This document shows positions 29,418 through 41,084 of a stretch of DNA of 64,000 nt, one piece after another. Source of the stretch: Eledone cirrhosa. Taxonomy: Eukaryota. The notes under the pieces are model-generated. The model was not told the origin of the DNA. It ran no database searches and saw only the letters and a program-made list of their open reading frames with translations. The position numbers and the translations under genes were made by a program. The stretch spans positions 24,490,001 through 24,554,000 of the forward strand of contig OZ024751.1 in NCBI GenBank assembly GCA_964016885.1. Reading direction: 5' to 3'. Numbering within the stretch: position 1 is the first letter of the stretch; each line of letters starts with the position of its first letter.

Positions 29418-30176
29418 TAATATATTAATATGACAACACGAAAATATTTGAAGGATTGACAGTCACTAGAATATAATTTTCACATCTATAAAGTGATATA
29501 CGGCAATTATATCGTGGAAGGGAAATTTTAACCATTCTAAAATAAAAGAACACGAGGGGGTTCCCCAGCTTGACCATAGTCTAATGATAGAAAACAGTAA
29601 AAAAAAAAAAGGAAAAGAAAAGAAAAGAACGATCACACACATACAAAATGTATTAATTTCATATTACATATATCAATTATTTCTTAGTATCAAAGATTTT
29701 CGATGCAGTAGGTGCAATTTGGTCTCTGATATAGTTTCGCTGCAATTCAGTGACAATGTCATCAACAAAGTGACGATAATTTTGACACTATGGTAAAGTG
29801 AAATTAACAGTCTTTTACGAGTATTTTTCAATGAGTAAAAATGACACATCCATGACGTAATTGCTTTGGTTTCAACAAACGATCTCAGATCAACTTATTT
29901 GGAAAACAAGCACAACTCCGATATTTAAGGCAGATTTCGGATGTGTATTCTACTATAGCCTTGTAAAATAATCCGAATTAGATAATAATGAATGAAGAAA
30001 GAAAGAAAACGGTTACGATGACAGCAAGAAGACAGGAAATGAAAAGAAAAAAGCAACAGGGAAAAAGAAAGGATTAAAATATATAAAGAACGAAATAATA
30101 CGCAAGAGAAAGGGAATATAGCTAGTTAGTTAAATAGATAAATAGATAGAGGGGATATGTTGTGTGTATATATGTA

Positions 30177-30240
<64 letters not shown>

Positions 30241-30249
30241 ATATATGTA

Positions 30250-30287
<38 letters not shown>

Positions 30288-30453
30288 TATATATATATAC
30301 ATATATATATACATATATATATACATATATATTATACATATATATATACATATATATATATACATAATAATATATATATACATATATATATACATATATA
30401 TATACATATATATATACATATATATATACATATATATATACATATATATATAC

Positions 30454-30501
<48 letters not shown>

Positions 30502-30507
30502 CATATG

Positions 30508-30549
<42 letters not shown>

Positions 30550-30551
30550 TG

Positions 30552-30656
<105 letters not shown>

Positions 30657-30734
30657 GTATATATCTATGTATATATATATGCATATATATATCTATATAT
30701 CTATGTATATATATATATATAGAGATATATATAG

Positions 30735-30772
<38 letters not shown>

Positions 30773-30781
30773 GTATATATG

Positions 30782-30848
<67 letters not shown>

Positions 30849-30864
30849 ATATATATATATATAG

Positions 30865-30897
<33 letters not shown>

Positions 30898-31511
30898 AAG
30901 AGAGAGGAGAGAGAGAAGAGAAATATGAAAGAGAGAAAATGGAAGAAAAGGCGTCAATTCGTATGAGCTCACGTGACAGTAAAATTAATAACCGGTTCCA
31001 GATCAAAGAGAAAGATTCAATAAAAGACAATGTGTGCGCGTGGTTGTTAGAAGAATTTAAATAACAATTGCAAAATTTCTATTGTAAAATTCAAATCGAG
31101 TATTGTCTTGAGTTTGATATACGAGTTAAAGAAATTAGCCATTTAAATCGAATTCCCTTGGGTGAGAGCTTATAAAATAGTAGCATTGTGTGAGTCCATT
31201 GTTTTTCATTTTCTTGGGTCAGTGAAGAACACTGCTCATTGGCAATCTCAGACCCTCAGTGACTTTTGGTTTAAAGTATCTTGATGGCGTTGATATCGTT
31301 AAAGGTACTGGTGGGACGAGGTCTGAACTCAGGGCGTGCAGAGACGGATCATGTCAATTTAGAATTCCTACAGGTTTTGCAAATTTTATGGTGAGGGATG
31401 AGAGAAAACTGGAAAAACAGATACACTTCTAGGAAATGAAAGACGAAAATATACTAAACCCGAAAACACAATAAAAGATCTTTGAAAATTTGAAATGCGC
31501 TTAATCAAACG

Positions 31512-31900
31512 GGGCTGGACGGAGGGGACAGCAAAAGGCCAGTTGGTATGACTATCTTCTCGTTCCACGGTGGCAAACCCCTCGTCTGGGATGCCACTTG
31601 CACTGACACTTTCTCCAGCCGCAACCTGGTGCAGTCTGTGACTAATCCAGGTTCTGCTGCACGTCGGGCTGAAGAGGCCAAACTCTTCAAATACCGGTCA
31701 CTCTCCGACAAATTTGCGTTTGTACCCTTGGCAGTGGAGACTTCTGGTGTCCTCGGCCCAATGGGCTACCTCCCTACTCACACCATTATTGGCGCTGAGC
31801 TGACCAGCCGCATGTGTGAGCGTCGCGAGCTGGAATGGCTTTTCCAGCGCGTCTCCCTTGCCGTCCTCCGGGGAAACGCCTTCTCTATTCTGTCCGCCGG
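31512..31900 (+). mobile_element. 3' fragment of CRE-like RLE non-LTR retrotransposon (pseudogenised)
   Basis: GLDGGDSKRPVGMT..GKPLVWDATCTDTF..KYRSL..FVPLAVETSGVLG..LFQRVSLAVLRGNA. The expected RPDG motif reads RPVG. Confidence 0.7.
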
Positions 31901-32454
31901 GGCTGTGTGTGGGGGGGGGGGGGCAATACGATTGACTGATTTGTTATGATATCAGTCAGATGTTTTTAGACAATTCAGCCAGCTAAATATGATTCATTCT
32001 ACACAAAAAGGTAATCTTCATCTCGTGATACAGTTTACCTAAGTATTTATTATTCTCGAAAAAGACTACGTTGGTAGCGCGATTCAGTGTATCTTATGTT
32101 TGATGACGCGGCTCACTGAGTCCAATCACGTACACGGTTCACTAGGCACACATTTATGATACGATTCACCGATAAAGCTTAAAGAGACAGATCGCTGACT
32201 GGGCTCACTCACCTAGCTCACAGATGCGGTTCACTGGACACAGCTTGCTGACTCAGCGCACCGACGTGGTTTCGTAACACAGTTTGTTTAAGATGACTTG
32301 CCTATGGAATAATATGGAGGGCCATCGTTATCGAAGCCCCAGTAATACACTGGGGTAATTGCTGGCCTTGTGCCAAAACGAGAAACCATAATTAATATTG
32401 TTAGGATCAGTCGAGTTTTGATGCACATATTTCAATTTTTTTCCAAAGTTACTA

Positions 32455-32582
32455 ATACCTTCCGTAAGGATGAAAGGCAAAGTTAACCTCGCCGGGTTTT
32501 GAACTCAGAATGGCAAGGGCAGTAACTCTATACGTCAAAGCATGGCGTCCGACCCTCTACCGATAAGACCAATCCACCGCTC
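32455..32582 (-). mobile_element. SINE 5' half abutting (AAT)n
   Basis: Reverse head, B-box and core. Confidence 0.75.
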
Positions 32583-32630
<48 letters not shown>

Positions 32631-32972
32631 GTGGATGTGGCCTGCCCATTCGACACAAGAGTGCAAGAGAAGGAGAGGGAGAAAATTAACCGATACCAGG
32701 ACTTAAAGTGGGAGGTAAAAAGGATTTGGAACAGCCATGAAGTCAAAGTGGTCCCGATTGTCATAGGCGCACTAGGTACTCAAACAGTTTCCAGGGATGG
32801 TTAAAGAAAATTGGCCCCGCCCCGCTTTTTGGAACGCTTCAAAAGGCATGCTTGCTGGGAACAGCAAGAACCCTCCGATACGTCCTGAATATCTGAGGAT
32901 GCAGGTAGTCGCTTGATATTCATTTCAACAAACTTTCCAGTTAAATAACATCAATGACTGAGACTCAAAGAA
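32631..32972 (+). mobile_element. 5'-truncated R4/Dong-clade element in (AAT)n
   Basis: VDVACPFDTRVQEKEREKINRYQDLKWEVKRIW..VVPIVIGALGT (frameshift) WLKKIG..LQKACLLGTARTLRYVLNI*. (AAT)n at 32585-32630 and 32973-33057. Confidence 0.8.
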
Positions 32973-32973
32973 C

Positions 32974-33059
<86 letters not shown>

Positions 33060-33319
33060 TTTCTTTATTAACCACAAGGGTTTACATAAAGTAGACATTA
33101 AAGACAGTGCAGGACAATGCAGGACGGTACAAATGGGCATTTCTGCGTGTAAAAAAACAAAAAGAGAGGATGTAACAAAAATAACAATGAAAATAACAAT
33201 GAAAAATTCCCCAATAGGGGGGAGACTTCGGAGGGACATTTGTGGAGAAAGCCCAGTAAAAAGCCACAATGACCCTGACCACCAAGGCAAGTGCCCTCTC
33301 CCAGTTTTCCACCTTTAGT

Positions 33320-36300
33320 TTACAGATATATACTCAGAGTCGGCCCATTCACTCGGGCCATTCTTGCTTCTCTCACCCATCTTTCAACAAAATGCTGGGA
33401 AGAGAGCACTTCCCTCTCTACTCTGATTTTCCTTTTCAAATGAAATTTGAAAAAGTCAATCAGAGCATCACCGAAGAGGTAAGTGCTCGTCTTCAGCCCT
33501 TTCAAACGTGTCCACCATACTATCTCTTTCGCCATTGCCACCAGACAGATAAAAACTGCCTGCCCTTCCCAGCTAAAGGAGGAGGGCGGGGCAATCCTCA
33601 CGATAGACTCAGATGATAGCTGGATCCGTCCTAAACGCGACAGCAGGTGTTCGACATAAACCCACAAGTCAGCAATTTTCGGACACTGGACGAGTGCGTG
33701 CAGGACGGTTTCGTCGCCCTGCGCGCATCTCGGACATGCCCGGCTGACGGCACCTCCATGCCTGTAGAGTTTATCCCGAACTGGCAAGGCTCCTCGGTAG
33801 CACTGCCAGGCCAGAGATTTCTGGAAGTTGTCCATAGGCCCTGGCCCGAAAGTTCTTCCGAAGAGATTGGCTAGTTGATTTTCGTCGACGCCTAGAGTTT
33901 CCCCAAGTACGTCGTCGCTCTTCCCCTCCACTAATCCTCTATAGAACGCCGAGGTGGAGTTTCCACCGATCACATTGCCCGATTGGTCGAGGGCTGTGAG
34001 CGCCTGAAGACATTCCAGTCTCCAGGCGCTCCCTCTCGGTCTTCGCTTGACCCAGGACTGCAGCTCCGTCAAGGAAACGAGCTGGGGAAAAACGCGTCTA
34101 GCAAACGGCGACCACACCTGATCACCGTCGAGGAAGAGGTGGAGATGTCGTAGCCTGAGCGCGTGCCTGCGCATCATCAGCCACGGCATGCCCAGCCCTC
34201 CACGTAGCGGGTGTTGACAACAGATGGACCGCCTGACCATCGGAGCACGTCCCTTCCACAAAAAGCGAAAGAGCAAACGCTCCAGCGCAGTCAGGCGAGG
34301 CTTAGGACAAGGTACGACGGTTAGGCGGTAGCAGATGACAGACGCGATGTACGCGTTAGCCACCTCCGCTCGACCTTTCAGGGATAGCTTCCTCTCCGCC
34401 CATTTCTGGGTGAGAGAAGCCACCCTGCTCGTCACCTCGTCCCAGTTTTTGTCCGTCTGGAGGTCCGGACCGAACCAGACCCCTAGCAATTTAACCGGTC
34501 CGTCCGTCCAGCGCCCGACGACGCTGTTGGACGGCATGGACCTGCCTCTCCAGGTGCCGAGCTGCAGGCCCACTGACTTTTCCTGGTTGATCATTGCTCC
34601 TGTCACCGCTTCGTATTCTCTTAGTGTAGTGCCGATCGCCTCGATGTGTTTGGCGTTCGACACCACTACGGTGACATCGTCCGCATATGCTGACACGGAT
34701 CTTCCGCATCCTAGTTCGCGCGGGACTCCCCTCAACGTCTCCAGTTTGTGCAGTAATGGCTCGAGAGTCAATACGTACAAGAGGGACGAGAGGGGACATC
34801 CTTGGCGGACCGAGCGCATGATGTTGAACGGTTCCGACAGGTGACCGTTCACTCTCACTACAGAGCAGATGTCGCTGTGCATGGCAGCGATCCAGCCTCT
34901 GAAGACGGGCCCAAAGCCAGCCGCCCTCAGGACTGCCGCTAGGTAACGATGGTCGACCCTATCGAAAGCTTTCGACTGATCTAAATTGATCAAGGACCCA
35001 CCCGTGCCAGGTTCCCTAGCTACCCTCTCTACGATGTATCGCATGAGGTGGAGGTTGTCGTGGATGGATCTGTCGGGAATGGCGCATGTCTGCGCCTCTC
35101 CCACCAGACCACCAACGACAAGCGCCAACCTCTTTGCTAGCACCTTGGCCAAAATCTTAAACTCTGTGTTTAGCAGAGTTATGGGCCGGAAATTGTCTAT
35201 GTTATCCCCCTTGTTCGGATCCTTTCTCAGCAGTGCCACCGCTCCTCGGCTCACAGAACTGGGAATTCTCCCGTTCTGTTGCCAGTTGCAGTAGACGTCC
35301 GCCAAGAGGCCTCCGAACAAGTCTGGCATCTGTACGTAAAGTTCATAGGGCAGACCATCCAAACCAGGCGATTTACCCCTTGTGCAGCCAGTCATTGCCT
35401 CCCGTACTTCAGCGGCTGTTATCGGCTTTTCGCAACACTTCGCCTCAGTGGCCGAGAGCCGCGGCAGTCCGTCGAGGTAGACACTAAAGTCCATCCCTCT
35501 ACCCGGCCCCCCGCTTCCCCCGAACAGCTGAGCGAAGTGTCGCTGAAAAGCTTCACACATTTGCCCGGGATCGAGTAGCATGCGCCCGTCGTGGTCCACC
35601 AAAGACCGGATCGTGGCTTTGTTGCCACGACGCGCCTCCGCCACTCGGGCCCATTGAACGGCTTTCGTCCCCTCGTGTCTGAGAGCACGCACCCTAGCTC
35701 TGACAACGCAGCCTTCGTGCTTTGCATTGAAGAATTGGTCAAGGGCCAATTTCGCCGCAAGCACGTCGGTCGCAATGCCTTTGCTAAGCGCCTCGTCTAA
35801 TTTTCTAACTAGTTCTCCCTCTGCTCTATTTTTCTCTATTGCTAAAGCCTTACTAAACCTAATCGATTCTATTCTAATCGCTCTTTTCAGAGCAAACCAC
35901 CACTTGTTGTTGACGATGGCCCCCGTCAACGCCCGCTTAACTAGTTCGCTAATCCGGTCTCTGTAGGCCTTGCGCGCTGGTAAGGACGCGTTTAGCTTCC
36001 AGTAGCCGGGTCCTCGTCTATGAAGCCTATCTAAGTCAAGCACACAGATCACGAATTTGTGGTCCGTGTAGCTGACTATCTTGAATTGTGGACAGCCTAT
36101 GCTAGACCTATCTATTTCCCTACAAAATACTCTATCTAGATATGATCTGGATGACCCTATGCGGTTTGTCCAAGTCCACATTGGCACATTCGGGAAATCC
36201 AATCGGTACCTGTCAGACAGTTCAAAACGCCTGAGCAGGTTGGTGAGGCTCTTGCACCCTCCACCCCTATCCGCTAATCCCACACAGTCCCAGCGTGCAT

Positions 36301-36739
36301 CTAAGATCCCGTTCCAGTCGCCCACTAACACTAAAGAGCGGGACGTTCCAAGAAAGGTCTCCAGACGCCGGAAGAAATCAGGCCGCCCTGCTCCTGTCGG
36401 GGCATAGACGGCCACTAGCCTGAAAGCTTGCCCGTCTCCGCTGGTCACGTCCAGCACCACCAGCTTACCCTCTGGGTCCAGGAAGATGGCCCGTATGGCG
36501 AGATCCAAACCTCTCCGAAAAAGCACAGCAACTCCTCCACCCGATCTAGGACGGCTGGGAGATGCGTACACATCGTAGCCGCCGAAGATCGGTACGAAGG
36601 CCCGTGCTTCGGAGATTCTGGTCTCGCTGATGGCCACTACATCTATGTTTAGTGACCTGAGGTCGTTGAGCAGGTGACCCTGCTTCCATGACGACCCCAA
36701 GCCACGCGCATTTATGCTGCCTATTCTGAGTGAGGTCAT
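33320..36739 (-). CDS. LINE ORF2: AP endonuclease + reverse transcriptase + C-terminal zinc motif (1139 aa)
   Basis: APE motifs SINARG, ISETR, LVGDWN, YLDRV, YTDHK. GPGYWKLN. RT motifs KSPGLDG, FRPITLLN, LDQSKAFDRVDH, RQGCPLS, YADD. C-terminal CPRC..ETVLHALVQC. Confidence 0.95.
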   Translation of the reverse strand: MTSLRIGSINARGLGSSWKQGHLLNDLRSLNIDVVAISETRISEARAFVPIFGGYDVYASPSRPRSGGGVAVLFRRGLDLAIRAIFLDPEGKLVVLDVTSGDGQAFRLVAVYAPTGAGRPDFFRRLETFLGTSRSLVLVGDWNGILDARWDCVGLADRGGGCKSLTNLLRRFELSDRYRLDFPNVPMWTWTNRIGSSRSYLDRVFCREIDRSSIGCPQFKIVSYTDHKFVICVLDLDRLHRRGPGYWKLNASLPARKAYRDRISELVKRALTGAIVNNKWWFALKRAIRIESIRFSKALAIEKNRAEGELVRKLDEALSKGIATDVLAAKLALDQFFNAKHEGCVVRARVRALRHEGTKAVQWARVAEARRGNKATIRSLVDHDGRMLLDPGQMCEAFQRHFAQLFGGSGGPGRGMDFSVYLDGLPRLSATEAKCCEKPITAAEVREAMTGCTRGKSPGLDGLPYELYVQMPDLFGGLLADVYCNWQQNGRIPSSVSRGAVALLRKDPNKGDNIDNFRPITLLNTEFKILAKVLAKRLALVVGGLVGEAQTCAIPDRSIHDNLHLMRYIVERVAREPGTGGSLINLDQSKAFDRVDHRYLAAVLRAAGFGPVFRGWIAAMHSDICSVVRVNGHLSEPFNIMRSVRQGCPLSSLLYVLTLEPLLHKLETLRGVPRELGCGRSVSAYADDVTVVVSNAKHIEAIGTTLREYEAVTGAMINQEKSVGLQLGTWRGRSMPSNSVVGRWTDGPVKLLGVWFGPDLQTDKNWDEVTSRVASLTQKWAERKLSLKGRAEVANAYIASVICYRLTVVPCPKPRLTALERLLFRFLWKGRAPMVRRSICCQHPLRGGLGMPWLMMRRHALRLRHLHLFLDGDQVWSPFARRVFPQLVSLTELQSWVKRRPRGSAWRLECLQALTALDQSGNVIGGNSTSAFYRGLVEGKSDDVLGETLGVDENQLANLFGRTFGPGPMDNFQKSLAWQCYRGALPVRDKLYRHGGAVSRACPRCAQGDETVLHALVQCPKIADLWVYVEHLLSRLGRIQLSSESIVRIAPPSSFSWEGQAVFICLVAMAKEIVWWTRLKGLKTSTYLFGDALIDFFKFHLKRKIRVEREVLSSQHFVERWVREARMARVNGPTLSIYL

Positions 36740-36774
36740 GTTTAAAATAGAGTGGAAAAGATGGGAAAGACCAC

Positions 36775-38871
36775 TTACCGTACTTTTGGTAGAGGAGGGA
36801 TGGTTTTTACATCCCTTTTCACTTGATCGTCTGGTGAAGGGACCGTTGAATCGTCCCTTCGGCTGGTCGTCGGCTCTTCTAAGAGAATGTCTGAGTATAC
36901 TCTTCGATTGATGGTTCCTCCTAGGTCCCTGAAATCACCAACTGCGTTGGGGAATTTCGTTTTAATGTTTGTGTATTGTTTCTGTGCTATTTTTAGCAGT
37001 CTTATGTTAGTTGGCGTTTTGATTGGTGCTGGTATTATGTAGTCCTGTTGTGAAATGTCTGTGTGTTCAATTATGTAAGTCATTAGTTTCTTGTTGTGTG
37101 TATTTATTGCCGTGCATTTGTTTTTCTGGGGGTGGGGTGTGGTTCTGCTATTTTCTTGTCGTTGTTGCTGGGTGTGTGTGTTTTGTTGTTGTGTTTGCGA
37201 TGTTGGTGCTTGTGGTGGTGGTGTTGAAGGTGTTGTTGGCGGTGGGGTTGTCGCCGGTGGTGATGGTGGTGCTAGTGTGGGTGGTGATGGTGTTGGTGTT
37301 GTTGCTGCTGTGGGTCTCTTTGCAGTAGACTTTACCCTTTTCTCATTTCTTTCCTCCCTTTTCAAAGGCGACGATGCGCTGCTTCTGCGTTTGTGCCTTC
37401 TTACGACCTTTTGCCATCTCTCTCCCACCTCACACTCCATGTCTGATTCTGTGAGGTCGGGGAGGGGTACCAACTCCACTCTTTCACTTGTTGTTGTTGG
37501 TGATGTTTGCACTGGAGTCTCTGTTGCAGCTGCATTTGGTATTGCTGTTGTTGTTGTTAGTATTTCCACTGCTGCTGCTGTTTTTGATTTCCGTGGAGTG
37601 GGTATGGGTGCCACGGGCCTATCGTTCCTGGTTGCCGCTTGTCCTGTTGCTGGTAGCCGTGGAGCCGGATTCGGAAGGAGGGGGGTTTTCTCCTTTCTCA
37701 GGGTCTTCTCGTTGCAGAAGGCCCTGAGGTGAGTCTTCGATCCACAGCGAAAGCATTTCGGGCGTTTGCCCTCAACACTTATGGGCAGTTGAGTGCCGTT
37801 ATCGAAGTCTATCACATCCGGGATAGCTTCGATGCACTCCTGGTTGGTTTGGATTAGCATCTCAATGGAGGAGCCGACCCAATCTTCTCTTACTTTTTTC
37901 TGTACTTGCAGTACAGTTGTTTTGTCCTCGATTCCGACGAGGACAGACGCGGCCAGCCAAGAAGGGGTCATTCCGGGGGGGACGTGGGTCAGTTTGACCC
38001 TCACAATTTTTTGCCCACAGTAGGAGGGCACCAACACCATTTCCTCGCTCCTTAGGGTCACTACTGATTGGGCCTTTGCCTCCTGGGGTGTGGCAAAAAG
38101 TACGTCTACGGTGGCATATTTTTTGCCTCGGGTGATGTGCGTTTTCCGCTGCCACACAGACCCCAAGGCTTTTTGTATTTGGGCCTCTGTGGCTCTTTCC
38201 ACCCTACGGGATTTTGTACTTACTGTACGGTACGTGACCGTACAGTGCTCTTGGGTTTCGAAAAAATTTTTCGCTGCCTTGCAGATTGCTCGGTGTCCGT
38301 TCTTTGTCACCATCTTCTTCGCTTCCTCTAATTCCTCATTTGTTATGAGGATTGTTTCCAAGTTTTTCGCAATACCTGCAAATGAGATTGGTTTTTCTCT
38401 GCTGTTGTTGTTGTCGTCAGAGCTGCTGGTACTTTTGTTGTTGCTGCAGGTACTACGACTACTGCCTCCGCCGCTGTTGCTGTGGTTGTTGTTGGTGTTG
38501 CTGCTGCTAATGCTGTTGTTGTTTATGCTGCTGGTGATGCTGTTGCGGCTGCTACTGTTGTTTTCATTGTCACTGTTGCTGTTGTTATTACGGCTGCTAC
38601 TGCTATTATTCCTGACGTCAGACGAATGAACTGGGTTTTCGTATTTCCCGCACACCTGTTTCGTCGCTGTCGTCGTCGTCGTGGAGAAACCTTGCACGCT
38701 TTGCACGAGACTTTTCTTTTCTTTCGTCGCTTGCGAAAGAGAAGGGAGGGAGAGAGACACATTTAAAGAAGGGAGGGAGAGAGACAATCTTCTCTCTGCT
38801 GTAGTGATGATTGAGGAAGAAGAAGACGGAATGAGTGGGAGTGACGTATGAAATTTCTTTTTCGTAGCCAT
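36775..38871 (-). CDS. LINE ORF1, gag-like with CX2CX4HX4C knuckle (~698 aa from MATKKK)
   Basis: CFRCGSKTHLRAFC plus low-complexity S/N and P/T tracts. Open frame directly upstream of ORF2. Confidence 0.85.
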   Translation of the reverse strand: MATKKKFHTSLPLIPSSSSSIITTAERRLSLSLPSLNVSLSLPSLSQATKEKKSLVQSVQGFSTTTTTATKQVCGKYENPVHSSDVRNNSSSSRNNNSNSDNENNSSSRNSITSSINNNSISSSNTNNNHSNSGGGSSRSTCSNNKSTSSSDDNNNSREKPISFAGIAKNLETILITNEELEEAKKMVTKNGHRAICKAAKNFFETQEHCTVTYRTVSTKSRRVERATEAQIQKALGSVWQRKTHITRGKKYATVDVLFATPQEAKAQSVVTLRSEEMVLVPSYCGQKIVRVKLTHVPPGMTPSWLAASVLVGIEDKTTVLQVQKKVREDWVGSSIEMLIQTNQECIEAIPDVIDFDNGTQLPISVEGKRPKCFRCGSKTHLRAFCNEKTLRKEKTPLLPNPAPRLPATGQAATRNDRPVAPIPTPRKSKTAAAVEILTTTTAIPNAAATETPVQTSPTTTSERVELVPLPDLTESDMECEVGERWQKVVRRHKRRSSASSPLKREERNEKRVKSTAKRPTAATTPTPSPPTLAPPSPPATTPPPTTPSTPPPQAPTSQTQQQNTHTQQQRQENSRTTPHPQKNKCTAINTHNKKLMTYIIEHTDISQQDYIIPAPIKTPTNIRLLKIAQKQYTNIKTKFPNAVGDFRDLGGTINRRVYSDILLEEPTTSRRDDSTVPSPDDQVKRDVKTIPPLPKVR

Positions 38872-39304
38872 GTTGTTTTTTTGTTTAAAATGAAATTTTG
38901 GGTACAAAACCCCAATAACTGGTTATTTAACCCCGAAGGGCCAAATAACGGACAGAAAGACCCCTCTCACGAGGAGGAGGGTGTCTTTATCAACAATTTG
39001 GTTCAAGTTTTAAACAATTTACAATTGTTTTAACGGTTAAAAATTACTATACCTTACAGAGCCGAGCCTCCGTCAACCATGGCATTCAATAATAATAATA
39101 ATAATAATAATAAGTTGACGAGATTAGCATGGGCTTCACTGCTATTACCGGTCTCATCTCAGCGTACTCAATAGGTTAAGTTAAGTAAACTCCCAGAGTA
39201 GACATGCTTTAACACAACACACGTAAATGGGCACTTTCAATATATATATATATATAATAAATATATATATATATATGTATATATAATAAATATATATATA
39301 TATA

Positions 39305-39425
39305 TGCAAAAGTTTTATTTAAAATTGTTGGGTTACAACGAGTAAATATTTTATAATTGATATAAAAGCACTCAACAGATTTTGGAGTATTTTACGATAT
39401 TAAACAAATGGAAACTACATTTATA
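39305..39425 (-). mobile_element. Family E tail fragment
   Basis: Close match to 40412-40530. Reverse copy at ~53710-53803. Confidence 0.7.
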
Positions 39426-39504
39426 TATATATGTATATATAATAAATAAATATATATATATAATAAATATATACATATATATATATAATAAATATATATA
39501 TATA

Positions 39505-39562
<58 letters not shown>

Positions 39563-39718
39563 GGGGGGGGGGTTATATATAGAATTATTATAGAATTTAG
39601 AGGATCACAGGATTAGAACTATTGATTTCTTACGTATGAAAGAGTTCTAGATCTGTAGAAAAACGACGAAGTTTCCTTTACATCTAGTTAGTTTTCGATT
39701 ATATATATATATATAGAA

Positions 39719-39812
<94 letters not shown>

Positions 39813-39961
39813 GGCGTGAGGCTGATGCGTTATGTCCTTGAGCAAGACACTTTATTTCACGTTGCTCCTTCTACCTGGATTTGCGACCAATAGATAGTAT
39901 TAGCAATTGGAAAGACCAACGGAAACATCGTTCCCTCGATCCGATTTGACGAAAGTCGATC

Positions 39962-39998
<37 letters not shown>

Positions 39999-40363
39999 AT
40001 TAATAAAAATAATGAATAAAAACAAAGAAACAGTTCCTTATATTAAAAAATTCATCATTTTACGATCGTTTCTAGGATATATATGTGTGTGTTGGTATGT
40101 ATATCATATAGATCTATGTAAAATGTTTACAAACTATCAGGGGGAATATACATACCTACACATATATATGCTGTCTTCAGAAATAATCATATTATAATAT
40201 ATATATATAATTGTTTCTACTTTAGGCACAAGTCCAGCAATTACCCAGTACTTTAATGGTACTTTATTTTATCGACCCCGTAAGGATGAAAGGCAAAGTT
40301 AACCTCGGCGGGATTTGAACTCATATATATAATAATCATTATATATGTGCCTAAAGTAGAAAC

Positions 40364-40411
<48 letters not shown>

Positions 40412-40416
<5 letters not shown>

Positions 40417-40846
40417 AAGTTTTATTTAAATTGTTGGGTTACAACGAGTAAATATTTATAACTGATATAAAAGCACTCAACAAGTATTTGGAGTATATTT
40501 ACGATATTAAATAAATGGAAACTATATTTATAAAACCATATCTATTTCATTATATATATTTCAGGGATATCATATTAAAAATATGGTATGCCTTCTTCAG
40601 ACAAAATACAATATAAACAGTCTTATAAATAGATAGATTTGACATACCTTACAGCTTCAACTTCCACTTCAAATGGAAGTTGAAGCTGTAAGGTATGTCA
40701 AATCTATCTATTTATAAGACTGTTTATATTGTATTTTGTCTGAAGAAGGCATACCATATTTTTAATATGATATCCCTGAAATATATATAATGAAATAGAT
40801 ATGGTTTTATAAATATAGTTTCCATTTATTTAATATCGTAAATATA
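40412..40846. mobile_element. Family E insert: 173-bp near-perfect fold-back with an intact HHR motif in each arm
   Basis: Arms at 40494-40666/40674-40846. HHR 40733-40796 (+) reads ATTTTGT-CTGAAGA-AGG..CCT-GAAA-TATATA-TA-ATGAAAT, mirrored at 40544-40607 (-). Confidence 0.85.
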
Positions 40847-41084
40847 TATATATATTATATATAATATATATACACATGCATGCACACAGACAGACAGTCA
40901 CACACACATAACATGAACAAGAACTAAACTTCAGCAGAAGCACCAGCAGTAGCACCAGCAGTAGTAACAGCAGTAGCAACAGCGGCAAAAATGCACAAAT
41001 ATATGCACATTCTCATAAATTATTCTGTTAACGATATTGTTATACAGGCGAAATATAAGCTTTATATATGAACACACTAGCAGT

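Larger units (their letters stand above)
33058..39087 (-). mobile_element. Full-length Tx1/L1-group LINE (~6.0 kb)
   Basis: Two intact ORFs 35 bp apart, AATAAA near the 3' end, and (ATT)n on the sense strand at both ends. Confidence 0.92.

Noticed and set aside
33647-38766. Plus-strand and alternate-frame ORFs overlapping the LINE
   Set aside because: Antisense shadows of GC-rich ORF1/ORF2 with no recognisable motifs.
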